A stretch of DNA of 64,000 nucleotides from a virus: IMG/VR virus record IMGVR_UViG_3300045125_000040, positions 64,001 through 128,000 of that record, one strand, 5' to 3'. The first letter of the stretch is position 1. Each line of letters opens with the position of its first letter. Made by a program: the position numbers and the translations under genes. The notes beneath the pieces were generated by a model, which saw only the letters and a list, made by a program, of their open reading frames with translations, was not told the origin of the DNA and did not search any database. Shown here one piece after another: positions 52,387 to 62,171 of the stretch.

Positions 52387-52462
52387 GCGGGTGTAGCTCA
52401 ACGGTAGAGCAGTCACTGCTCGCAGTGACAGGGTGTTGGTTCAAGTCCAGCCACCAGCACTA
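52387..52462 (+). pseudogene. tRNA-like element (Gly-like body, aberrant anticodon arm, no CCA)
   Basis: D arm TAGCTCAACGGTAGAGC and T arm GTTGG-TTCAAGT-CCAGC are intact; anticodon arm GTCACTGC-tc-GCAGTGAC; ends ACTA. Confidence 0.7.
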
Positions 52463-52585
52463 TAAAAAAAGAGTTTAATTATGGATAAAAGTATCTTCAA
52501 ATTATGTGGATGAAAGTTCTAGCGTTTTTCTTCTAATGATAACAATGGGATTTATTCTACAAGATTTATATACCTTTGGATAATT

Positions 52586-52660
52586 GCGGGTATAACTCAG
52601 GGGTAGAGTGTCAGCCTTCCAAGCTGTTCGTCGCTGGTTCGAATCCAGTTGCCCGCTCCA
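52586..52660 (+). tRNA. tRNA-Gly(TCC)
   Basis: GCGGGTA/TGCCCGC acceptor, ctTCCaa loop, GGTTCGAATCC, TCCA. Confidence 0.95.
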
Positions 52661-52664
52661 TTTT

Positions 52665-52693
52665 AAAGAGAGAGTGAAAACTCTCTCTTTTTT
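52665..52693 (+). terminator. Rho-independent terminator after tRNA cluster
   Basis: AAAGAGAGAG-tgaaaa-CTCTCTCTTT plus Ts. Confidence 0.75.
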
Positions 52694-52739
52694 ATTGACA
52701 ATTTTTATATTTGGTATAATAATATCATGATAAACAATC

Positions 52740-53147
52740 GTGACGAAAAAATATATGGCCTTCCTTAGACGACTGGCCATAAACAATCAAATGAAAATGA
52801 AACTCGCTGCGTGTCTTGTTATACGCAATGAGATCATTTCTATTGGTCTTAATTCTGATAAGTCACATCCTATGCAGAAAAAATTCTCAAAGAATAGTGA
52901 TGCGATCTTTAAACATGCAGAGGTTGACTGTATTATCAATGCTCTGCGTCATGTTGATCAAGAGGATTTGAAGTCTGCCACTCTTTATGTCCACCGTGTC
53001 AAGAGACAATACAAAGGAGATAAAGAGTGGTCTGATGGAATGGCTGAACCGTGCTGTGGTTGTTATAAAGCCATAGAGCATTTCGGTATCAAAAGGACCG
53101 TCTTTTCAACTGATGAAGAATCTAAATTTGGAGTCAGTTGGGTCTAA
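52740..53147 (+). CDS. Cytidine/dCMP deaminase-fold protein
   Basis: HAE and PCxxC zinc motifs. Confidence 0.85.
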   Translation: MTKKYMAFLRRLAINNQMKMKLAACLVIRNEIISIGLNSDKSHPMQKKFSKNSDAIFKHAEVDCIINALRHVDQEDLKSATLYVHRVKRQYKGDKEWSDGMAEPCCGCYKAIEHFGIKRTVFSTDEESKFGVSWV

Positions 53148-53789
53148 AAATCTCAATTACTTTATTGATATAGTGTTTTCTGTCTTTCACAAATAGTTGT
53201 GGTAATTCGTCATCAACGGCGATCATCACAACTATTTGTGGAATTTCTATTTTATTGCAACCATTCAAACATCATAGAATAACAGGTTGTCTGTAGAAAA
53301 TAATCTGTGATCCAATCTTCCTTCTTCATCTTTCTGGATGTCTTAAAATCAATAATAGAAGGTACGCCATCAAATTCAGCAATCAGATCACATCTTCCTG
53401 CTGTTCTGAGGACCAATAGAATGTAGAGGAAGTTCAACACCATAGATATTATCTACGTGTTTATCAAGATATTGCTTTAATGATTTGAACGAATCAAGCC
53501 CAGAAGGCATAGCTCCTTGGGCATAATTGTCTTCATTTAAAACATATTTTTCCGCAATTCTATGAACTGCTGTTCCACGTCTGGAAGCTTGAACCATAAT
53601 CTTTTTGGCTTCTTCTTCGCCTACTCTTTTTTCCATTCTAACAAAGGTTTCATATCTTTGTTTCTGGATAGAACAGTGGTCACAGATGGGAATTTTGACC
53701 AGTAGGAAGAACATAATGACGACTGCCATCAATATATTCTTCCCCTAGTTCTATTTCTTTCACAAACTTATGATTAAAAGTTTTCTCAT
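53134..53789 (-). CDS. PD-(D/E)XK exonuclease (indels)
   Basis: ASRRGTAVH..AEKY; AGRCDLI..IIDFKTS.K.K...I..YFLQ...Y..M. Confidence 0.85.
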
Positions 53790-53792
53790 ATA

Positions 53793-54546
53793 TCACACAG
53801 TTATCCTCATTTTATCCTTTAGAATTATATATTCTTTAACTAGAGCGGATCTTACAATATCTGCTGCTTCAAACTCTATTAGATTGAAAGACTTCATACT
53901 ACGAACAACTCGCATGAAGTCAGTCAATCCGTTTCTTTCATGTTCTCTTGTAAAAGTCACTCTGACGGAAGTCTCCACAGAATATAACTTTACAGTTATA
54001 ACCCACTCTAGTAATAACAGAATCAAGTTCATGTAATGTCGCATTCTGCATTTCGTCTACGATGACAATGCAATTGTTAAGAGTAATACCACGAATGAAA
54101 GATGTAGACATAAACTCAACAAGACCTTTATTCTTAAGGTAGTCGTATGCGTCTCCTCTTCCAAACAATTCTGAACATATTGCATAATAAGGTGCTTCAT
54201 ATACCTTAGTCTTTTCTTTAGAGTTTCCTGGAAGAAATCCCATATCTCTCGTGGGAACTACCGATCTAACGATAACAATCTTTTTATAAGAACTGTCTGG
54301 ATTAGTTAGTATCTGTTTCAGCGAAAGATACATCGCCATAAAGGATTTACCTGTTCCGGCGATGCCATGTAACATCAAATTCTTATCATTATCAAATGCA
54401 TTAAAAGTATGTCTTTGATTTTGAGTTAATGGATCAAAATGTTTTAAATTAAAATTCAGTTTCTCTTGATAATTTTCTGATTGTTTTCCTTGTTGGCGAA
54501 GAAGTCTTTTTTCTCTACGTGTTAATCTTTTGGTTTCTTCTTCCAT
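53793..54546 (-). CDS. phoH: PhoH-family ATPase (indel)
   Basis: GIAGTGKS, RDMGFLPG, FIRG.T, DEMQN, ITRVG, GD.RQSD. Confidence 0.93.
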
Positions 54547-54553
54547 TTTACCT

Positions 54554-54796
54554 CTAAAATGTGTTGATGGTGCTCCTTGATATGCCTTTTTGATTGCCCT
54601 TCTTCATATGTTTAAGCAGATCACGGAAACCCTGATCAGGTTTACCCATACCTCTGCCAGAATGGATCATTGGTGCACCATTTACGAGTTGAGTTATGTG
54701 CTTATTCTCTTCAAGGAAAGAGTCTAGTTCTGATATAGACATAAACTCTTCATACTCTTCACCAGTTTCATTATTTAAAAACTTATATGTAGGCAT
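54554..54796 (-). CDS. FmdB-like small protein (lacks Cys ligands)
   Basis: MPTY.F.N.ETGE..E.FMSISE; position upstream of phoH. Confidence 0.6.
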   Translation of the reverse strand: MPTYKFLNNETGEEYEEFMSISELDSFLEENKHITQLVNGAPMIHSGRGMGKPDQGFRDLLKHMKKGNQKGISRSTINTF

Positions 54797-55137
54797 TAGC
54801 ACACCGCCTTAATATCTTGATCTCGCAACCTAGAAATTGTTACTTCATTTATAGGTATATATATCTTTGAAGGAGGTTTCTCCGGTTTTTTCCAGATGTC
54901 TTCCACGGGTTCATTCCAAATTGTATCTTCTATAGGAAGTGTTTTCTTTACTGGTTCTGGATTTGTATAACAAGTATCTGCTTCGTTATACTGAGTTGTT
55001 GGGCGATCTGGCGTAACTTTCATGAAAACAAGATTTAAATGATCTTGAATTATATTCCATTGTTCTTGTGTTGGCGCTGCTCCACCATTTATTTCAGAAA
55101 ATCCTTGTAACCAATAAACAAATTGTAAAGAATCCAT
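54796..55137 (-). CDS. Hypothetical protein
   Basis: MDSLQFVYWLQGFSEI..PT.EQW.IIQDHL.LVF.KVTP. Confidence 0.6.
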   Translation of the reverse strand: MDSLQFVYWLQGFSEINGGAAPTQEQWNIIQDHLNLVFMKVTPDRPTTQYNEADTCYTNPEPVKKTLPIEDTIWNEPVEDIWKKPEKPPSKIYIPINEVTISRLRDQDIKAVC

Positions 55138-55138
55138 A

Positions 55139-55339
55139 TTACCTCCACGTATCTTCTGATACATCGTCAACGAAGTCCTGATCTTCATCTTCGATTAATG
55201 CTGAGATATCTTTAGTTCTCAAAGCACGTTCAACACGCTTTGCCTTGCGCTTGTTTTCCCTCTCACGAGGATCATCATGATATTCATCATGGTCTGAATA
55301 ATCGTTCTTCTTAAACTTCTTTAGTGCTGACTTGCTCAT
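55139..55339 (-). CDS. Hypothetical charged protein
   Basis: MSKSALKKFKK..ERALRTKDI; ATGA overlap with upstream gene. Confidence 0.55.
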   Translation of the reverse strand: MSKSALKKFKKNDYSDHDEYHDDPRERENKRKAKRVERALRTKDISALIEDEDQDFVDDVSEDTWR

Positions 55340-55757
55340 TCTGCGATTAACCCTGGTAGCCCTTCCTTGACATGTTCGATTGTGATACCTGGAAATGGTA
55401 ACTTCTTGTCCTTCATTGAACAAAGAAGTTTTGCATCATTGGAGAAACTCTCTCCAAAAGTTCCACGAACATCATTTCCCTTTTTGCTTGGGGAAGATTA
55501 TCATGAAATCCTTTAACGAAATAACGTAGCTTTTCTGCTTCTTTCTTTAGAACGTGTTCTTGATCTACTAATTCATTTGGTGTATATGGTGGCACTCCTT
55601 CTGGGAGCAACCATACGACATTTGGATCAAACACACCCTGTAAAATGATTCTCAATGGAACACTATCATTCTCTCTGAGAGCGTCAATCTTTTCTTGTGT
55701 CTTTCGCTTTTTGCCAATTTTTTCAAGCAATTCATATAAACTAGTTACCATACCCAT
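55336..55757 (-). CDS. Conserved T4-like hypothetical protein (indel)
   Basis: FDPNVVWLLPEG.PPY..REMMF..LLE; usually follows rnh. Confidence 0.65.
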
Positions 55758-55768
55758 TTATTGTCTCC

Positions 55769-56643
55769 TTAAAATTCACTTAAATGTTCTGTTAAATTTC
55801 GAAGTTTCTTTTCCATAAAATAACCTAGCATTTTACTGCGATCACGATTGGTTTGTTCAGCATACTGAACCATGACTTGTTCTTTAATTTTATTTGGAAT
55901 AAAAGACAAGTCTATTAGTTGTCTATTGCGATCAAAGTTACGTGCAATAGATGTTTCTATTTGAGATTGAATTGTATTGATTAGTTCATTAGTTTTCTTA
56001 GATGTAAGGCGCTTCTGTCTATCGCCTTTTTTCCTAGTGACAAAATAATCGTCTTGTGTTAGCACGTTAGGAATTCCATCTCCTTCATCCCCGTGCATTA
56101 TGTGCTCGCAAAGATACATATTGGGGTCTTCATGACTAATCCATTTTTTACGTGTAGGATCATATTGTTTAACATTTTTTGTATTTATGTAACTGAATGA
56201 AATCTTTGTCTCCAGAAAGTATAAGAATAGTTGGTCTATCAACTTGTGATGGATTCGATCCAAACTCTTCACATAAAGTAGCAATAATATCATCTGCTTC
56301 GGCTTAGATTCTACATCAATTACTCTGTATGGAAGGAACTCTTTAATTTCTGCTCTAATCTTATTTAGATATTTGAAGATTTCTTTCAGTTTATTTCTGA
56401 TTCTTGTATGTTCTTTTTACGGTTTGCTTTGTAATAAGGGAAGATTTTCTCCCGCCAGTAATTAGTATTATCACAGGCGATTATCATTTCACCATATTCA
56501 CTACCAAACTTAACTTTATATGATCTTAAAGAATTTAAAACCATATGACGAATCATATTTTCATCTAATGGAGCATTAGTATGCTTACCCAACTGCATTA
56601 GCATATTAGATAGCATTACCTGATTCAAATCTACAATAATCAC
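55769..56643 (-). CDS. rnh: RNase H / 5'-3' exonuclease (T4 rnh type; indels)
   Basis: IVDLNQ; ACD..NYWR..FPYYKANR; EADD; GD.GDGIPN; RN..LIDL..IP. Confidence 0.92.
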
Positions 56644-56651
56644 AAAATCAC

Positions 56652-57038
56652 CTATTCAGTTTCTGGGTTTTTCAAATCAATTGCTAGTTCTTCTACGATT
56701 TTAAATGCACCCTCTTCATCATCTTTAGGAATAAAAACATTTTCTGCTATGATCTGAAAAGGATGATATTCTCCGTAATATTTGCACATATATGATCTTA
56801 GTGCTTCTATTATCAGAGCGCCATCTTTAACATCATCTGTTTCTTCATCTGATAAGCCAAAACCTGCTATATCTAAATTATTAAAAATAATAGGAGCAAG
56901 ATTTAATATTGTTTCTTGAATATGATAATGTTTCATCATATCTACATTACGCTGAATGTCTTCTACTGTTTTTAATTCTTTTTCTATTTTTACGTTAGCC
57001 TTGGGAAAGACTATAACATTATCTTGTTTATCTTTCAA
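56652..57038 (-). CDS. Hypothetical protein upstream of rnh
   Basis: NVIVFPK; EALRS.....YHPFQ. Confidence 0.6.
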   Translation of the reverse strand: MKDKQDNVIVFPKANVKIEKELKTVEDIQRNVDMMKHYHIQETILNLAPIIFNNLDIAGFGLSDEETDDVKDGALIIEALRSYMCKYYGEYHPFQIIAENVFIPKDDEEGAFKIVEELAIDLKNPETE

Positions 57039-57039
57039 T

Positions 57040-57079
57040 ATATTACCCTATTGGTCTAGAGTTGTCAATGATATTTATA
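57040..57079 (-). promoter_or_regulatory. Late promoter (57072-57079) and sigma70 promoter (57040-57068)
   Basis: Minus strand TATAAATA, then TTGACA-N17-TAATAT. Confidence 0.6.
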
Positions 57080-57662
57080 GTTTTAAACTCTTTCTATCTT
57101 TATTTGTATACACTAATCTAATTTGTTGTGCTAAAGTATGCATTAGAATCTGATGACAATCTTCAACTACACCGTAATTGTTTGATTTTACATGTATAAT
57201 TTTTTCACAAAGGGAGTCTGATACAACCTTTCCACCATCAAAACCAACAAAAGCAATACTGGTGTAATTCTTTTTATTTGCCGCTTCAAGACCTTTTATG
57301 ATATTAGGAGATCTTCCAGATGAAGAAATAGCTATCACCAGAGCATGTTCTTCGTTTATCCATTCAATTTGTTTTGAAAAAATTTCATCATAAGAAATGT
57401 CATTAGCAATAGCTGTCATAAGTGACATGTTAGCGGCCAGATTACGAATATTAGGGAACAAATCATGAACATCCGTTCTAATACCCTTTGTATGATCACA
57501 TCCCCAATGTTCGGCAATGGCAGCAGAACCACCATTACCCATGACAACAATAGGCATTTTGATTTCCATACTGATAACTAGTTTATCAAAAATATTTTTT
57601 AACATGTCTTCGTCAACAGTATCTAATGCATCATTGATCATTCTCTGATAATTTTTTATCAT
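57075..57662 (-). CDS. gmhA: Phosphoheptose isomerase (SIS domain)
   Basis: GNGGSAAIAEH; TAIAND.SY..IF..Q; ISSSG.SPNI; VED.HQ...H. Confidence 0.88.
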   Translation of the reverse strand: MIKNYQRMINDALDTVDEDMLKNIFDKLVISMEIKMPIVVMGNGGSAAIAEHWGCDHTKGIRTDVHDLFPNIRNLAANMSLMTAIANDISYDEIFSKQIEWINEEHALVIAISSSGRSPNIIKGLEAANKKNYTSIAFVGFDGGKVVSDSLCEKIIHVKSNNYGVVEDCHQILMHTLAQQIRLVYTNKDRKSLKL

Positions 57663-58639
57663 TAGATAGTCTCCAAAGTAGAGCCACTTTTTGTGAATTT
57701 GAAATTAAATCTATCATAGTTTTCATGGCTTCTAACAGTCTGTTTTTATGTTTATCCTGTACATATAGAAGTAGATATCCTCCACCACCAGCGCCAAGAA
57801 TCTTACCACCAAGAGCACCATTAGACATGGCTCTATGATACATTTCATCTATCTTATCATTAGATACGTTGTCTGTCAACTGCTTTTTTATCTGCCAAGC
57901 CTGATCTAATAGATTACCAAAATCATCAACTTTTCTTTTCTGTAAAAGTTTTAGTCCTGTTTTGGCTACACTCAACCATAGCTTTAGTCTGTTCTATGGT
58001 AACAACATTTTTTAAATTTTCTACCTGTTTTGTTAGAACAGAAGCAGTACCTGTCGGTTTATACCTGTATTAAAACAAACAAGATTGTTTGTTTAGCTCA
58101 AGTAATGCAAGTTGATCTACATCAACCGGCTTGACTTTTTATATGATTTTACTAAAATAAATTGCATTGAATCCACCAAAAGCAGCGGCGGACTGATCTT
58201 GTTTACCAATAGGTTCATTACATTTTACAATTTCAATATAAGAAGCTAGTTCTGCTAGTTCATTATGATCAATGTTTCTACCAGTTGTTATCCTATGCAA
58301 GGCATTAATAAGACCCACTGTGAATGTTGATGATGATCCTAGACCTGTTCCTCTCACCGGAACGTCAGAGAAAGAACAAATTTCAATATTGGACGGCAAG
58401 TCAAAATGTTTTAAACATTCTCTTACACGATTATGTTTTACTTCCTCAATGTTATTAACATGTTCTAATTCTGAATAGATAACTTTTAGATGAGGAGCAA
58501 CACATCTATTAATAGCCAAATAGATATGACTATTAATAGTTGTTGAAAGAACCATTCCATCATTTTCATCATAGAATTGAGGAATGTCAGATCCACCACC
58601 AAAGAATGAAATTCTTAAAGGAGTTTTTGAAATAATCAT
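57662..58639 (-). CDS. hddA: D-glycero-alpha-D-manno-heptose-7-phosphate kinase, GHMP family (indels)
   Basis: KTPLRISFFGGGSD; GTGLGSSS; IGKQDQ.AAAFGG; GGKILGAGGGG. Confidence 0.88.
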
Positions 58640-59624
58640 ACTTTATACACAAACATTTGTCCAGAGTTTTTCTTGACTCGACTGTTGGATATTGATTCAA
58701 TAGTTCTCTTAGTGTTGATTCCCATTGTGAACTGATCTTTTTAATATTAAATCTGTTATCAGCATATGCTTTAACAAATTTTAAATAATTTTGTGCTTCG
58801 TCGGTATTAACAACATTAATAGCATGTTCAAGATATCTATAAAACATTTGTGCATGTTTATTGATATCTTCATTGTATTGATACATGGTTGTTAGCATAC
58901 CAGAAGTATCAGAAAGAGCAGCTAGATTAGGATGAACACACATTAGTCCTGCTGACATTGATTCAATAAGAACTCTACATGCGGTTTCTTTCCAAATATT
59001 AGGATATGCTAGAATATGTGCGTTCTCCACATGCTTTCTCAATACCTCTTGTGAGGCAAATCCATGATATGTCATGTGTGAATGATTTCTGATTTTATCA
59101 TATAACGGTTCAAAATTCTTATCAGCATCTTCCCATCCATAAATCTTGAATGAAGAAAATACATCAAGATGAATGTTATCATACTTCTTTGATAGACTAT
59201 CAACTACAGGATATAGAAGTTCAAGACCTCTCTGTGGTGTTGAGAAATAAATCAAATTTATTTTATTTTTATCTTTTGGTAAAAGATTTAAAGGCTCAAA
59301 TGGAGTTTCAATAATATCAACCTTTTCGTTCAAAGGAATATTTAATTTTAGATTGAAATCATTAAGATGCCAATTACAATTGAAAATCATTTTGTGAAAT
59401 CTATTACGACTATTTTCATCCTTGAGATGATTTAATTCAGGATCTTCTGGTAGATCATGGCACCAGTAAATACGAATCTTATCCTCTTCAAGATCTCTGA
59501 AACGTGAAGGAATGATCTGAAATTCTTTTAATAGTTCTTCAGGAACATACTTAGCAAGTGTTCTCTTGGTAATCTCAGTACCGCCATTTGCATTCTTTGA
59601 TACTTCATTTTCTTCAAAGCCCAT
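58587..59624 (-). CDS. GT-B (GT4-like) glycosyltransferase; true end probably ~58636
   Basis: GGTE; WCHD; YFSTPQRGL..L; AYPNIWKETAC..LIESMSAG (ExxxxxxxE). Confidence 0.88.
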   Translation of the reverse strand: MGFEENEVSKNANGGTEITKRTLAKYVPEELLKEFQIIPSRFRDLEEDKIRIYWCHDLPEDPELNHLKDENSRNRFHKMIFNCNWHLNDFNLKLNIPLNEKVDIIETPFEPLNLLPKDKNKINLIYFSTPQRGLELLYPVVDSLSKKYDNIHLDVFSSFKIYGWEDADKNFEPLYDKIRNHSHMTYHGFASQEVLRKHVENAHILAYPNIWKETACRVLIESMSAGLMCVHPNLAALSDTSGMLTTMYQYNEDINKHAQMFYRYLEHAINVVNTDEAQNYLKFVKAYADNRFNIKKISSQWESTLRELLNQYPTVESRKTLDKCLCIKYDYFKNSFKNFILWWWI

Positions 59625-60158
59625 TATTTAACTCCATTATTAATTTACATGCAGACCATAAGTCTTCTTTTATAAAATCTGGTTTGATATCTCCATATTC
59701 ATCTGGAATATTCCAAACTTTAATACCAACGTATATAGTAGTCAAGCCAGACTTATTTCCCGGCACGATATCTTTCCAACGATCACCAATCATATAACTT
59801 TTAGATCTATCAATTTCATATGTTCTTATCAATGCTTCTATCATACCATTATTTGGTTTATACAAGTCTGAATCTTTATTAAGAGCATATAGGACATGAT
59901 CTACACCAGCCTCATCTTCAAGAAATGTACATATATCATCTAGGTCGGTCATATACATTTCGCCATCCATAACGCCTCGGCTTGGTTTGTAACCACAAAT
60001 ACCATATAGTTATTTTTTTGAATTTTTCAATAGCTTCAAAGACATTAGGATATAATTTTAATTCATCTAATGTCCATGGGGATCATCATTCTTCCATCTG
60101 GTCGTGAAACCAGATGATTGATAACTCCATCTTTATCTATGAATACTGCTTTGCGCAT
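59614..60158 (-). CDS. gmhB: Heptose-1,7-bisphosphate phosphatase, HAD IIIA (indels)
   Basis: MRKAVFIDKDGVIN; VVTNQ; KPNNGM; SYMIGDRWKD. Confidence 0.85.
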
Positions 60159-60553
60159 CTTTCTCTCAATTCACTAGATGAATAGTTATGTACTCTTTTA
60201 ATAAATTCAATCTTTATACCACGATCATTACATACTTCTGATCCTGTAATTTTTTTATTTTCATAATCAGAACCAATAAATCTTTTATCAATATTAAGTG
60301 TTGCTAACATATTGATAATATCTTGTTCCGACTCATATGGAATAATTTCATCAACTGCTTTCATAGCATTGAGCTGTTTCCATCTTTCATATACAGATTG
60401 AATTGGTTTATTTTTCGTATCTGGTCTCTCAGTTGTGGGGTCAAAGTGTAACCCCACAATGAGAAAATCACATTTTCTTTTGGCCTCTTCAAGCATAGCC
60501 ACATGTCCTGCATGAAGTAGATCAAAAGCACCAAAAGTAATTCCTATTATCAT
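60137..60553 (-). CDS. Cytidylyltransferase-like nucleotidyltransferase (TagD/RfaE family)
   Basis: FGAFDLLHAGH; KNKPIQS..ER; R.HNYSSSELR. Confidence 0.88.
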   Translation of the reverse strand: MIIGITFGAFDLLHAGHVAMLEEAKRKCDFLIVGLHFDPTTERPDTKNKPIQSVYERWKQLNAMKAVDEIIPYESEQDIINMLATLNIDKRFIGSDYENKKITGSEVCNDRGIKIEFIKRVHNYSSSELRERCAKQYS

Positions 60554-60554
60554 T

Positions 60555-61119
60555 TTATATAATCCTAAAACATCCGCCAAAGTCGTGTGGTTTACCAATA
60601 TAATCTATTTTATATTTCGTTTCTGATAAAAATTCTTCAAACGCTTTAAACTCATGATTTCTCCAAGGTTCTGTATCTCCACCATAACCAATAATTTCAT
60701 CAAAAACCAAAATTGTTCCCTTTTGCATTCTTGGTTTCAAACAATCAAAAATTGTTTTGGTTGAAGAATATAAATCGCAATCTATATGAACAAAGGCAAC
60801 TTTTTCCTTGTGTTTTTTTAAAAATTCAGGCAAAGATTGTTCCATACCACCCGTCAATATATACTACATTTTCTGGTATATCAATTGGTTTTGCAGACTT
60901 AAATTCTCCTTTTTTATGCGTATATCCTTCCCAATCTTCTGGTAATCCTTCAAAAGAATCAAAAGAATATAAAATATTTTCTTTTAAAACAGATGATAAT
61001 ATTTGAGTACTCCCACCACTACCAAATTCTAATATCAATCCATCTGTATTAATATATGATATAAAATCTTCTAAACTTTTATTTTCAGAAGATTTAATTT
61101 TATCTACATCTATTATCAT
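60555..61119 (-). CDS. TylF/MycF-like sugar O-methyltransferase (indel)
   Basis: LEFG..G.S; FDSFEGLPEDW; AFVHIDCDLYSST; VFDE. Confidence 0.82.
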
Positions 61120-61478
61120 GCTTGCCTTTCCAAAAATTCATGATTCATTCTTGATGGGAGAAAATATTCATCAATTAATGTTAATACAACATTCTTATCA
61201 TATGGTTTACAAGAAAACACATCTATATAGGCATCCCCTGTGTCATCACAGAAATGAGCACAAATATTACTAGTCTCAATAAGCTGAACTAATGTATATC
61301 CAGCTTTATTATCTTCTCCAAAATGAATGACCTGTGGCTCGCCATATGCTACCATGTCAATCTGTTCAACCAAGTCCTTGGCAAACTTTCGGATAATTTC
61401 TGCATTTGTTACTGCATTTCTGTTGCAATTTCCTGCATTAATTATTAGGTGATACCCCCAATAGGTGTTTTCTTTCAT
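61116..61478 (-). CDS. speD: S-adenosylmethionine decarboxylase (phage type)
   Basis: GYHLII; IDM.AYGEP; GYTLVQLIETSNI.AHF; YIDVFSCK. Confidence 0.85.
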   Translation of the reverse strand: MKENTYWGYHLIINAGNCNRNAVTNAEIIRKFAKDLVEQIDMVAYGEPQVIHFGEDNKAGYTLVQLIETSNICAHFCDDTGDAYIDVFSCKPYDKNVVLTLIDEYFLPSRMNHEFLERQA

Positions 61479-61500
61479 TTCTACCTCTGTCCGTTAAGAG

Positions 61501-61776
61501 TTAATATTGGTATGAATCAATAATTTGTACATAATTAACATGTGAAACATCAAAATTAACCCACATACCTTTTGAAATATTCCAAGCGGCAATCATATTT
61601 GGGTTATCATTATGATACTTACGTTCATCTTCCATTTCATTTATATAAGTTTTTGGGAGATGATCGGGCATAAGTGTGCAACGAATTTCGTGTTTATTAC
61701 CAGCAGTATCTGTGAAATATAATGCCATAGCATTTTCACGAAGATCCTTTAGAAGAGTATCACGTTCATAAATCAT
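61501..61776 (-). CDS. Hypothetical protein (SH3/WYL-like)
   Basis: MIYERDTLLKDLR..F....G....I.CTL..LP; own RBS GGAG. Confidence 0.6.
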   Translation of the reverse strand: MIYERDTLLKDLRENAMALYFTDTAGNKHEIRCTLMPDHLPKTYINEMEDERKYHNDNPNMIAAWNISKGMWVNFDVSHVNYVQIIDSYQY

Positions 61777-61778
61777 AA

Positions 61779-62058
61779 TTAAGCTCCAAAATAATTTTTC
61801 AGATTCCAATAGTATCTTTCTCTTGTCGCCTGTCTCTTCATTAATCTGTTGCTGCAATTGATGATATCCTCCAATATGGAAACCATCAATTACTATTACA
61901 GGAAAAGTTTTTGCTTCTGGAAATTTGCTAAGAAGAATATCACGTGTGAAATCTTCATCTAATTTGTATTCAATAAAATCTTTACCATGAACACGAAGTA
62001 GCTGTTTTGCTTGATCACAAAAAGTGCAATTTGTTTTTGAATAAACCTCAATTGCCAT
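61779..62058 (-). CDS. Glutaredoxin
   Basis: VYSK.NCTFC..AK; TFP..IDG.HIGGY. Confidence 0.9.
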
Positions 62059-62171
62059 TTAAAAGTTCCTCCCAATACAATTCAATATCTTTTTTGAGGA
62101 CGGATCGTATCCTTTATCATACATATCCGCCATTACTAACATTTCAAGGTCGCTGAACATCAATAAGTCTC

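Noticed and set aside
18402-61119. Programmed frameshifting or mass pseudogenisation of split genes (gp13, 18, 19, 20, 21, 22, 23, 46, 45, 44, regA, rnh, hddA)
   Set aside because: Breaks hit essential genes at scattered sites, often in homopolymers, with no shared slippery motif; best explained by long-read indel errors
61501-62058. Glutaredoxin fusion protein
   Set aside because: GGAGCTTAATTATG gives an RBS, an out-of-frame stop and a new start at 61776; two genes merged by an indel
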